Assembly (NCBI GenBank): GCA_002352465.1
Contig: DEIN01000008.1
Span: forward strand, 64,564-128,563
Direction of reading: 5' to 3'
Source of the DNA: Patescibacteria group bacterium UBA2773
GTDB taxonomy: Bacteria; Patescibacteriota; Minisyncoccia; Moranbacterales; DUUL01
Length of the DNA stretch: 64,000 bases
Part shown: one piece after another, positions 46,008 to 55,461 of the stretch
Layout of the letters: every line of letters starts with the position of its first letter
Position numbering within the stretch: the stretch's first letter is position 1
The notes under the pieces: model-generated
What the model was told of the DNA's origin: nothing
Database searches by the model: none
Seen by the model: only the letters and a program-made list of their open reading frames with translations
Position numbers and translations under genes: made by a program

Positions 46008-46553
46008 TTAAAAGTTTAATTTTAAGTCCTTCAATTTTTTAAGCTGGCTGTCTTTCTCTGATAAAATTGGATTTTTAATCGGCCAGTTGATGTTTAATTC
46101 AAGATCATTCCAAATAATTCCAGAGTCACATTCTGGTGCATAAAAATCATCAACCTTATACATAAATTCAGTATTTTCTTCTAAAGTGCAAAAAGCGTGA
46201 GCAAATCCTTGCGGAACAAAAAGCATTAAACCATTTTCTGCACTCAATTCAAAACCTTGCCATTGCTTATAGGTCGAAGAATTTTTTCTTAAATCAACAA
46301 TAATGTCATAAACCTTGCCTTTTGTCACTCGAATTAATTTTGACTGAGAATGTGGCGCTTCTTGAAAATGAAGACCCCTCAAAACCCCTTTTTCAGTTGA
46401 TAATGAATGGTTGTCTTGAACAAATTCAACGTCTATACCGTTTTCTTTAAAAATCTTTTTAGAATAAGATTCCACAAAAAAACCTCTTTCATCTTTAAAA
46501 AATTTTGGTTCAATTAAAATTGCGTCTTGAAGTTTCGTTTTTTTAAATTCCAT
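46008..46553 (-). CDS. rfbC: dTDP-4-dehydrorhamnose 3,5-epimerase
   Basis: DERGFF, QDNHS, RGLHFQ, GFAHAF. Confidence 0.96.
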   Translation of the reverse strand: MEFKKTKLQDAILIEPKFFKDERGFFVESYSKKIFKENGIDVEFVQDNHSLSTEKGVLRGLHFQEAPHSQSKLIRVTKGKVYDIIVDLRKNSSTYKQWQGFELSAENGLMLFVPQGFAHAFCTLEENTEFMYKVDDFYAPECDSGIIWNDLELNINWPIKNPILSEKDSQLKKLKDLKLNF

Positions 46554-46570
46554 AAATATTTTTATTAAAA

Positions 46571-48247
46571 TTATTTTAAATGATCCAACTCAACGTTTTC
46601 ATATTTAGCTAGTCTTTTGAAGGAAAAAATTTTCTTTTTAAGTAGATTAATAAAATAATCGAGTTCTTTGATTTTAAGAATTCTACTCGCTAGATAAAAC
46701 AGCACAAACCCTGCCATTAATGATAACAAAGTTTGAATCAAAACTCCAATTAAAGTGTACATATTTATCACTTGTCCAAAAACATTAAAGTCAAAAATTT
46801 CAAAGAGAAAAGCTACTAGATATTTAGTGGTTTGAATCCCGATTACCATCGCCACCGAAGCACTCATTACTTTCCAGGTTTTTTCAATTATTGATTTTTC
46901 GTTAAGATTGCCGACTTTTTTTCGAAGTACTATTAATAATAAAAACATATTAACAATGGTCGCAATTGAAAAAGCCCAAACCAAACCGATTATTTCATAT
47001 TTTTGGATTAAAACTAGAGCCAAAAACAGATTAATAGCTTCGGAAAAAAGGCCAATAAAAAACGGGGTTTTGGTGTTGTGAATGGCATAGAAAGACCTGG
47101 TAAGAAGCGGAATTAGAGTTTGAGCAAATAAAGATAAAGAAAAGATCCCTAAGGCTTGAAAAGTTAAGATAGTGTCGTGCCAATCAAAACGGCCAGAACC
47201 AAGAATTATTCGAACTAATTGAGCTCGTAAGGTAATAAAAATTATGGAAGTCGGAATTATAAAAAAAACGATTTTTTCAAAAACGGTTGAGAAATTGTCA
47301 ACAAATTCTTTTTTTCTATTTCTAGCCCAAGCACAAGACAAAGTCGGAAAAGCCACAATTGCAAACGAAACTCCAATCAAACCAAGAGGAACACTTTGAA
47401 TGTTATTGGCCAAACTAAAAATTGCCAAACTTCCCGATTCAAGAGTTGAGGCTAAAATTGTGACGATTAGGAAGTTTACCTGAACGACCGCCAAGCCCAT
47501 TGTTCGAGGAACCATAAGGATTAAAACTTTTTTTAAGTTACTGTCCTTGAAATTAAAGTCCGGTTTAAATCTAAGTCCGCACCTGACTACTTCTGGAATT
47601 TGAATCAAAAGGTGCATCAACGCTCCCAAAATAACACCATATCCCAAACCAGCAATTCCGAACATTTCAACAAAGAAAACCACTCCGATTATTATTCCAA
47701 TATTGTAAAACACTGGAGCTAATGAATAAAAAAAGAATTTTTTATGAGAGTTTAAAATTCCGCCTAAAATGCTTGAAAACCCTAGAAGCAAAGGGCTAAA
47801 TAACATTATTTTCGTTAAGCCTATAACGGCCAATTGTTTTTCAGCGCTAAATCCGAAAGTAATTAAGCTGACAAGAACAGGCACTAAAAAAAACAAAATT
47901 GTTATAACTAGAAATAAAACAATTCCTGCTAAAGATATGAATTTATTGACTAAATCCCAGGCTTCTTTTTTCCTTTTATTAGAAATTAATGAGGTAAAAA
48001 CGGGAATAAAAGCCGCCGAAAGTGCTCCAAGAATTAATAAATTAAAGATTAAATCTGGAATTTTGAAAGCGGCGTAATAAATATCAAGAGTATCTCCTGC
48101 ACCAAATTTAGAAGCTAGTATTCTATCTCTTATTAGTCCTAAAAAACGGCTGACTAGACCAAGACTGGCCACTAAAAAAGCGGCGTTTAAAATAGACTTG
48201 GAAGAATTTTCTCCTTTTTTAAAACATCCAATAATTCTTTTTATCAT
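46571..48247 (-). CDS. murJ: Lipid II flippase MurJ
   Basis: SRFLGLIRD, AFKIPD, GALSAAFIPVF, TKTP. Confidence 0.93.
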   Translation of the reverse strand: MIKRIIGCFKKGENSSKSILNAAFLVASLGLVSRFLGLIRDRILASKFGAGDTLDIYYAAFKIPDLIFNLLILGALSAAFIPVFTSLISNKRKKEAWDLVNKFISLAGIVLFLVITILFFLVPVLVSLITFGFSAEKQLAVIGLTKIMLFSPLLLGFSSILGGILNSHKKFFFYSLAPVFYNIGIIIGVVFFVEMFGIAGLGYGVILGALMHLLIQIPEVVRCGLRFKPDFNFKDSNLKKVLILMVPRTMGLAVVQVNFLIVTILASTLESGSLAIFSLANNIQSVPLGLIGVSFAIVAFPTLSCAWARNRKKEFVDNFSTVFEKIVFFIIPTSIIFITLRAQLVRIILGSGRFDWHDTILTFQALGIFSLSLFAQTLIPLLTRSFYAIHNTKTPFFIGLFSEAINLFLALVLIQKYEIIGLVWAFSIATIVNMFLLLIVLRKKVGNLNEKSIIEKTWKVMSASVAMVIGIQTTKYLVAFLFEIFDFNVFGQVINMYTLIGVLIQTLLSLMAGFVLFYLASRILKIKELDYFINLLKKKIFSFKRLAKYENVELDHLK

Positions 48248-48280
48248 TTTATTTTTTTGTTATAACGCTAGATGTAAAAA

Positions 48281-48397
48281 AGTTTTTATTTTTGAGTATA
48301 ATTTGAGGAAAATTTAAGTACCGAGCGAGGCATATTGAATGATACGGTGAGCAAATAACGAAAAATTTGACGAAAAAGTACACCGAAAATGAAGACT
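48281..48397. repeat. Family A long hairpin element
   Basis: TTTGAGTATAATTTGAGGAAAATTT...AAATTTGACGAAAAAGTACACCGAAA; touches the rhodanese stop. Confidence 0.7.
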
Positions 48398-48717
48398 TAT
48401 TTAGTCAATTTTTTGCCGTAATCAAGCCACTCAATAGTTCCCATCTCTAGATTAAAAATATTTTTGTATCCCAATTGACTTAATTGCTCTGCGATAAAAT
48501 GGCTTCGGCTTCCACTGCGACAATAAAGAGCGACTTTATCAGTTTTTTTAATTTTTGATTTTTCTAATTCGTCCGAAAAATGAGTTGAAGGAAAGAGCTT
48601 AGCACCTTTGATAAATCCTTGTTGAAACTCAAAAAGCTCCCGAACATCAATGAGATGAACTTTTTTATCTTTTATTAGTTCTTCAAAATCATCAGAAGAT
48701 AATTGCTTAACCGACAT
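48397..48717 (-). CDS. Rhodanese-like sulfurtransferase
   Basis: IDVRE, YCRSGSRS. Confidence 0.9.
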   Translation of the reverse strand: MSVKQLSSDDFEELIKDKKVHLIDVRELFEFQQGFIKGAKLFPSTHFSDELEKSKIKKTDKVALYCRSGSRSHFIAEQLSQLGYKNIFNLEMGTIEWLDYGKKLTK

Positions 48718-48725
48718 TTTAGAAT

Positions 48726-48935
48726 TTATTTCTTAGACACTTTTAAATCTTCTATTAATTTATCCAAATCAATTCCAAATTCCTCAACCACATCAGAAAG
48801 TTTCTCAAATCGAGCAGCCGCACAACCAAGGCAAGGCAAACCATGTTTAACAAAAATCTCAGCAGAAACTGGATAATTTTCAATTGTTTCTAGAATATTT
48901 GAGTCTTTATTTAATTCAAATTTTTTATTAGACAT
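48726..48935 (-). CDS. DUF1858-type small protein
   Basis: YP...EIF..HGLPCLGC. Confidence 0.75.
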   Translation of the reverse strand: MSNKKFELNKDSNILETIENYPVSAEIFVKHGLPCLGCAAARFEKLSDVVEEFGIDLDKLIEDLKVSKK

Positions 48936-49109
48936 TTTATTCTATTATTTATTACGACTTCTTTGAATAAGACTTTAATTAAAAATAGTCCCTAAATACA
49001 TTCTAACACAATACTACTATTTTTCACTAAAATAATCAATTATCTATTGAAAAAATCCGCCCAGACTTTTTTTGATAAAATTTCCGGCTTTTGGCTTTGC
49101 TTCTTATTT

Positions 49110-50078
49110 TTATTTCATTAAAGCTTTTATTATAAGTTCGGTAGCTTGGTTTTCATTTAAACCACGGGTCATTAGGGTTTCTAGTTCTTTTTGGTTGATT
49201 TTTCCCACTGAAGCCTCGTGGGTGACGCGAGCTTGATCATTGGTCACCTCAACGATTGGAACGGCTTTAGCAACTGAATTTTTGCCGATTACAATCTCTT
49301 GGCAATCGATATGACCGAAAGCACCAGGAGCTTTGGCAAAAGTTTCTCCTTGCATCCAAACTTGTCCACCATTTTTGGCAGCCGCTCTCATCGTCACGAG
49401 ACTTTTGCTATTTTCTCCTTCCAAATGAATGATGTCGGTTATTCTGACTTCATCTTTTTTGTTAGTTCCAAAAACTTTGGTTCTAATTTCCGCTCTGGCA
49501 TTTTTCTTCAAAAAAGCTTCTAGGACGATTTCGACTTTTCCAACGGTCCCTTTAGTTAAATTAAAATCACTTTCAAATTGCCCGTCTTCGTCAATTTCAA
49601 TTTTCAATTTCGGTGTCACAGTTGCTCCAGATTTTTCACCGTGATAGTGTTGCTCAATATAAGAAAATTTAGCATTTTTTCCAATCTTAAAAACACCTTC
49701 CATATTGTGATGATTGTCTTTGGAATTAGGAAAAGTGCAATGCGAATGAATAACGACTTCAGAATTTTCTTCTAAAATAATTTCTGGATAAATTGCCTGG
49801 GTTTCTTTTCCTCCTTTTAACCCAAAACAAAAAAACAATGGCTCTTTGATTTTTTGATTTTTTTGAACAATAATTTTGGCTTTTACTCCACTCTCAAGTT
49901 CTTCATAAATAGCTTTAATTCCTTTCGAAAATGTTTGAATTAAAACTTCATTTCCTTCTACGAAAAATTTGTTCTTACTTTTTAGAAGCTCTCTCATTCC
50001 GCACATTTTAGCAGTTTTGATGAAAGCTTCTGGCAATTTTTTATTATTCTTTATTTGAGGTTTTTTATTAAAAAACAT
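49110..50078 (-). CDS. SufB/SufD-family Fe-S scaffold (short form)
   Basis: GHIDCQE, P......ARVTHEASVG, LMTRGL. Confidence 0.88.
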   Translation of the reverse strand: MFFNKKPQIKNNKKLPEAFIKTAKMCGMRELLKSKNKFFVEGNEVLIQTFSKGIKAIYEELESGVKAKIIVQKNQKIKEPLFFCFGLKGGKETQAIYPEIILEENSEVVIHSHCTFPNSKDNHHNMEGVFKIGKNAKFSYIEQHYHGEKSGATVTPKLKIEIDEDGQFESDFNLTKGTVGKVEIVLEAFLKKNARAEIRTKVFGTNKKDEVRITDIIHLEGENSKSLVTMRAAAKNGGQVWMQGETFAKAPGAFGHIDCQEIVIGKNSVAKAVPIVEVTNDQARVTHEASVGKINQKELETLMTRGLNENQATELIIKALMK

Positions 50079-53000
50079 TAAATTACAATATTTATTAATT
50101 TTCCTTTAATATAAATCATTTTTTTAATAGTTTGCCCTTTAAGATGTTTTTTAATTTTTTCAGATTCTTGAGCAATTTTTTTGATTTCATCTTCTTCGAC
50201 TCCGATTGAAACTGTTATTTTATTTCGAACTTTTCCATTGATTTGAATCACTAGTTCAAATTGGTCATCTTCCAAATTTTCCTCATTATAAGCTGGCCAT
50301 TTTTCAAGAAAAATTGATTTATCGTTCTTTAATTTGGTCCAAAATTCTTCAGCAATGTGAGGTGCCATTGGAGCTAAAACTAACGCCATTGTTCTTTTGA
50401 TTTTTTGAGTTTGTCCTAAATTAAAGTTCGCAGAATTTTCTCGAATCCAATTAATAAATTCCATATATCGAGCAATGGCCGTGTTGAAAGAAAGTTTTTC
50501 CAAATCCTCTCCAATCGCCTTGATAGTTTTATCAATCATCTGAGTTTTTTCTACGCCTTCTCCTGCCCCCTCTAAATCAAAAAAAGTTTGCCAAAGTTTT
50601 TTCATGAATCTCGCCATTCCGGCTGCTCCATCATCTCGCCAATCGCCACCTTGAGAAAAATCTCCCAAAAATCTGAGATAAAGCCGAACTGCATCCACTC
50701 CATATTTTTCGATCATCTCATCAGGATTAATGACATTACCTTTAGATTTGCTCATCTTGGCACCATCTTTGGTAATCAAACCGTGACCAAAAAATTTCTT
50801 GTAAGGTTCTTCAAAATCGATAAAGCCCAAGTCGTTCAAAACCATTGTGATAAACCGAGAATACAACAGATGTAAAACGGTATGTTCTTTTCCGCCAATA
50901 TAGCTGTCAACCGGCAACCATTTTTTGGCTCGGTCTTTATTGATAGCCTCGTTATCAAACTCGGTTGAAGAATATCTCAAGAAATACCAAGAAGAATCTA
51001 CAAATGGATCAGAAACGTCCGTTTCTCTTTTAGCTGGTTTACCGCAAACAGGACAAACGGTATTCACAAATTCTACGTTTTTAGCCAACGGCCCTTTGCC
51101 TTTTCCTTCTGGCAAAAAATCAATCATATCTGGCAATTCTACTGGCAAATCTTTTTCTGGCACTGGCACCGCTCCACATTTTTCGCAGTGAATGATTGGA
51201 ATTGGAGGTCCCCAATAACGTTGTCTTGAAACACACCAATCCCTGAGTTTATAGTCGATTGATTTTTCGCCTAGTTTTTTCTCTTCCAGCCATTTGATCA
51301 TTTTTTGCTTGGCTTTTTCCGTTTTTAAACCATCTAAAAATTCAGAGTTGATAGATTTTCCAATCATAGAAGAACAAATTTTTCCTTCTTTTAAGTCTTT
51401 TATAAATTCATCATACGCAATACCACTATTTTGACCTTCAAAAATAATTGGTCCACCTATGGGCTCAACAACGCATTTAATTTCAATCCCAAACTTTTTG
51501 GCGAATTCAAAATCGCGTTCGTCGTGGGCGGGAACGGCCATAATGGCGCCAGTTCCGTAGCCAGACAAAACATAGTCAGCTACCCAAATTGGGATTTCCG
51601 CTTGGTTGACTGGGTTAATAGCTTTGATTCCTTTTATTTCAACGCCAGTTTTTTCTTTTTCTTCTTCTTTCCGTTCTTGTTCAGATTTTCCTTTAGCCGT
51701 ATCAATATATTTCTGCACTTCTTCCCAATTTTTTATTTCATCTTTCATTTTTTCAATCAATTTGTGCTCTGGTGCCAAAACCATATAAGTTGCACCAAAA
51801 AGCGTATCCGGCCTGGTCGTAAAAACTTCAATTTGATTTTCTTTTTTCTCTTCCAATATCTCACTAAGAAGCTCCGGAAATTCCTCTGTTTTCATATCTT
51901 GAATAGTAAAATGTCCATGATTTTTTAAATTAATAACCTTAGCAGGAAGCTCTTTTTTGTATTCTTCTGCTCCTTGAATATGCTTTGGTATATCATCATT
52001 GGAAGTAAAAATAACGATTTTATTTTTCACATATAAATCAATATTTTTAATGATTTTACCTCCATAAAAACTAGATAAAACTTCTCTGCTTTGTTTTCCA
52101 GATTTTCCTGGAGAAACTAAAATTAATTTTTTAATTTTAGTTTTTGTTTCATTTAACCAACGAACCAAGAAAGCTCCGCCAGCAGAATGTCCAATTAAAA
52201 TAGAGTCTTCATTGATATCAATTTTGTCAAAAATCTTTTTCCAATCTGAATATTTTGGTGCCCAATCTTTAGGATATATTTCATTAGAAACTTTTATTCC
52301 TTTTTCTTTTAATTTATTATTTAGCCACAATTTCCAATGTCTTAAATTTTCTGGACCGCTCTCCTTATTCTCTGAGCCTTCTTTAGTAGAATTACTTCCA
52401 TGAACAATCACCACATTTGATATTTGATATTTTGAATTTGTTTGTTTCTTGTTTCTTGTTTCTTGTTTCTTGATTGAAATTTCAAATTTCACCCTTGCAC
52501 CTTCAGATTTTCCAATCCAGTTGCGTTGATTGATTTTGACATCTTCTGACCAGTCAATCCACTCAAGGTTTTTTAAAAGTTTTTCAGCGTAGTCAGTGAT
52601 TTTAAAAAACCATTGCTTAAGTTCTTTTTTCTCAACTTGTGACTCACAACGCTCACACTTCCCTTGAATAACTTGTTCATCAGACAAAACTGTTTTACAC
52701 CACGGACACCAATTGACCTTGGCTTTTTTTTGGTAGGCTAGACCCCTTTTAAAAAGTTGCAAAAATAGCCACTGGGTCCATTTGTAGTATTCTGGTTTAT
52801 AAGTCTCCACAGTTCTGGACCAGTCATACATATTTCCAATAGAAGACAATTGTCTATAAAAATTTTTCTCAGTTCGTTCAGAAACTGTTTTGATGTGCTC
52901 TCCGATTTTCATCGCATAATTTTCGCTATGAATTCCAAAACCGTCCAAGCCAATTGGTTCAAAAATATCAAAGCCTTGCATTTTTTTGTATCGGCCATAG

Positions 53001-53197
53001 GTGTCCACTCCAGTGAAAGTGTAAACTCCGCCGATGTGCAATCCTTCGGCGCTAGGATAAGGAAACATCATTAAATTATGAAATGGTTTTTCAGCTTTAT
53101 CTAAATCGGGTTGATAAAGTTTATCCGTTTCCCATTTATCCTTCCATTTTTTTTCGATTTTTTTGAAATTATATTCTGGAATTTTTTGCTCTGGCAT
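50078..53197 (-). CDS. leuS: Leucyl-tRNA synthetase with an inserted alpha/beta-hydrolase domain
   Basis: MFPYPS..LHIG, FTTRPDT, YGTGAIMAVPAHD, SRQRYWG, KMSKS. Confidence 0.96.
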   Translation of the reverse strand: MPEQKIPEYNFKKIEKKWKDKWETDKLYQPDLDKAEKPFHNLMMFPYPSAEGLHIGGVYTFTGVDTYGRYKKMQGFDIFEPIGLDGFGIHSENYAMKIGEHIKTVSERTEKNFYRQLSSIGNMYDWSRTVETYKPEYYKWTQWLFLQLFKRGLAYQKKAKVNWCPWCKTVLSDEQVIQGKCERCESQVEKKELKQWFFKITDYAEKLLKNLEWIDWSEDVKINQRNWIGKSEGARVKFEISIKKQETRNKKQTNSKYQISNVVIVHGSNSTKEGSENKESGPENLRHWKLWLNNKLKEKGIKVSNEIYPKDWAPKYSDWKKIFDKIDINEDSILIGHSAGGAFLVRWLNETKTKIKKLILVSPGKSGKQSREVLSSFYGGKIIKNIDLYVKNKIVIFTSNDDIPKHIQGAEEYKKELPAKVINLKNHGHFTIQDMKTEEFPELLSEILEEKKENQIEVFTTRPDTLFGATYMVLAPEHKLIEKMKDEIKNWEEVQKYIDTAKGKSEQERKEEEKEKTGVEIKGIKAINPVNQAEIPIWVADYVLSGYGTGAIMAVPAHDERDFEFAKKFGIEIKCVVEPIGGPIIFEGQNSGIAYDEFIKDLKEGKICSSMIGKSINSEFLDGLKTEKAKQKMIKWLEEKKLGEKSIDYKLRDWCVSRQRYWGPPIPIIHCEKCGAVPVPEKDLPVELPDMIDFLPEGKGKGPLAKNVEFVNTVCPVCGKPAKRETDVSDPFVDSSWYFLRYSSTEFDNEAINKDRAKKWLPVDSYIGGKEHTVLHLLYSRFITMVLNDLGFIDFEEPYKKFFGHGLITKDGAKMSKSKGNVINPDEMIEKYGVDAVRLYLRFLGDFSQGGDWRDDGAAGMARFMKKLWQTFFDLEGAGEGVEKTQMIDKTIKAIGEDLEKLSFNTAIARYMEFINWIRENSANFNLGQTQKIKRTMALVLAPMAPHIAEEFWTKLKNDKSIFLEKWPAYNEENLEDDQFELVIQINGKVRNKITVSIGVEEDEIKKIAQESEKIKKHLKGQTIKKMIYIKGKLINIVI

Positions 53198-53283
53198 AAG
53201 TATTTAAATTAAAATGAAGCTAATTAAACAGATAGCTTGATTTTAGCTCAATAAATATTTTTATTCAAGGTTTTTGTTTTGGC

Positions 53284-53323
53284 TTCAGGAACGTTCAATG
53301 AATGTTCATTGAACGTTCCTGAA
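53284..53323. promoter_or_regulatory. 40-bp inverted repeat of three 11-bp-spaced GAAYGTTC octamers
   Basis: TTCAGGAACGTTCAATGAA-TG-TTCATTGAACGTTCCTGAA. Confidence 0.55.
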
Positions 53324-53436
53324 AAAATACTGAATAAATTGATTTTTTAAAAAATTTTTAATTGACAATTGAAGAAAATTTTACTTGATTAAATGAAATT
53401 AGTGCATGCACCTTCAACATATTAAAAGAGGAGACT

Positions 53437-53697
53437 CTGAAGGCAAACAAGATTGAAGAATTAAGGAAAGAATGCAAAAAGACAGGGGAAGAAATTTCTA
53501 ATCAGCTAGAACAAAAAAGGATTGAAACGATTAGCTGGTATGTCATTGCCCGAGAAAAATGTCAAAAAAAATTTTCTTTAATGATGATATTACCTTTCGA
53601 TAAAAAAAACAAAAAACACTGCTTGCCCACCACTAGCAAAAAAGGATTCCGGGTCGAATATGAACATGGAAATCAACCCGAAATTGCTTCATTTTAA
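53437..53697 (+). CDS. 86-codon orphan ORF opening with CTG
   Basis: TTGACA at 53362, GAGGAG SD, open frame, terminator 53726-53755. Confidence 0.35.
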   Translation: MKANKIEELRKECKKTGEEISNQLEQKRIETISWYVIAREKCQKKFSLMMILPFDKKNKKHCLPTTSKKGFRVEYEHGNQPEIASF

Positions 53698-53801
53698 AAA
53701 TTTTGAAAACACTGTAAAAATAATTCGGCTTTTCAGAACATGAAAAGCCGTTTTTATTTAGAATAAATTAAAAATAAAATCGAAATTATAAAGATTATTA
53801 A

Positions 53802-54368
53802 TTACGACAAACAATCAAGATCTTTAGCATAGCTAGTAGCATAATCAAATTCCCTCCCTCTGTTTTCGGTTGGAAGATATGGACTTAATTCTTTTAAAGC
53901 TTCTTTCGCTAATTTTATCATACTACTATCATCTTCCTTTTCTTTTTTGATAACGTTAATCACAATTGTCATTATGTCTTTTGCATAACTACCCGCATAA
54001 TCAAATGATCTTTCACCTCGACTTTCTGGAAAATATTCACGAAGAGAAAGAAATATTTCTATCATAGACTTAATTTTGTTGAAATCCGCTGAATCTGTCT
54101 TTGCAGTATTAATAGAAAGATCCATAATTTCTTTTGCATAACTACCCGCATAATCAAATGATTCTTCGCCTCTATTTTTTGGTAATTTTTCATTTAGTTG
54201 CAAGAACGCTCCTAATGCCAAATCTACATCCCCTGTCTTAATGGCATTTTCCATTTCTTCTTTTAATAACCCATTTTCTTTTTCGTTTGGAATTTTTTCA
54301 ACCTTATTTTCATTCCTTTCTGAAAGCGAATCATTAGAACCTGATTTTTTAAATTCTTCAAATGACAT
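53802..54368 (-). CDS. Helical protein with three internal repeats
   Basis: RGEESFDYAGSYAKE / RGERSFDYAGSYAKD / RGREFDYATSYAKD. Confidence 0.75.
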   Translation of the reverse strand: MSFEEFKKSGSNDSLSERNENKVEKIPNEKENGLLKEEMENAIKTGDVDLALGAFLQLNEKLPKNRGEESFDYAGSYAKEIMDLSINTAKTDSADFNKIKSMIEIFLSLREYFPESRGERSFDYAGSYAKDIMTIVINVIKKEKEDDSSMIKLAKEALKELSPYLPTENRGREFDYATSYAKDLDCLS

Positions 54369-54751
54369 AAATTCTAATATTAATTAGTTAAAAGCATCTC
54401 ACACTATGTTAAAAAAACTTAATTATTTCGCTTGATTAATTTTTATATAATTTTTTAACAAAAATACTGTTTTTATTATGTGAATTTTTAAAATAATTTT
54501 ATTATTAAATTTAATATAGCATAATTTTTAAGTACTGGCAATTATTTAATTGAAAATAGACATACAGGATTGGTCATAAGTATTTTCCCTGACGAAAAAA
54601 TCTTTCGACCCCGCATCGCGGTGTTCGCCTTGGTTCGCTTCGATCACCAAACTCACACAACGCTTTGGCTTTCAAGTCCTGACAGAAGCAAAGCAGTTTG
54701 CTTCTTTCTGGTTCGCGAAAATAAAAAATCGCTTTCGCGATTTTTGATTTG

Positions 54752-54824
54752 TGGACCAGACAGGACTTGAACCCGCTACCTCCTCAGTGCAAATGAGGTG
54801 CTCTACCAGGTGAGCTACTGGCCC
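54752..54824 (-). tRNA. tRNA-Ala(TGC)
   Basis: GGGCCAG acceptor, CCTCA-TTTGCAC-TGAGG anticodon arm, GTTCAAG T-loop. Confidence 0.95.
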
Positions 54825-55019
54825 ATCACAAATTACTGTTAAACTATAAATTTAAGCAATCTTAAACAAGTAAAATTTCTTTACGAAAATTAAAATTTTT
54901 AAGTTAAATTATTTGAAATATTTCCGATACCTATATTCATAGGTTGAGAAAATTTTCAGATAATTTAACTAAAAATTTGAATTTGCAGTAGAAAAAGTGC
55001 TCGACAATAATTCCTCCTG

Positions 55020-55093
55020 TGGGCATATCAAGATTCGAACTTGAGACCTCAACATTATCAGTGTTGCGCTCTAACCAACTGAGCTATATGCCC
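55020..55093 (-). tRNA. tRNA-Ile(GAT)
   Basis: GGGCATA/TATGCCC acceptor, CAACA-CTGATAA-TGTTG anticodon arm, GTTCGAAT. Confidence 0.95.
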
Positions 55094-55461
55094 TTAAAAA
55101 AATAAAAAAGATATTTGGAATATCTGATTAGAACGCATCTTTAAGCGGAAAATCATGATATCTACAAAAAAACTTATTACTTTACGATAACAAGAGAAAT
55201 TATAACAAAAAACAACTTTTTGTCCAGAGCTTCATTGATTTTTGTTGTTTTTCGCTGTTTTAAAGATATTTTAACACGTCCCTGCTGCTTCTTAAACTAA
55301 CCCTCGGTAGTTTAAATTTTAAAAAATATTTTCCATGATAAATCCTTTAATATTATTGGGCAATGAATTGACAATTTAGTAAATAAAAAATATAATAATG
55401 TCAATATAATAGATTTATTAAAAAGCTTAAATAATTTCGAAAAAATTAAATACAAATCAAA

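Noticed and set aside
51845-52490. Intein or intron in leuS
   Set aside because: No Cys/Ser start or His-Asn end, no intron structure; motifs fit an alpha/beta hydrolase
53802-54368. Diversity-generating retroelement TR/VR pair
   Set aside because: Repeats are in-frame protein repeats without adenine-specific differences; no reverse transcriptase in the window
54570-54770. 66-aa ORF
   Set aside because: Overlaps tRNA-Ala antisense and its hairpin trailer
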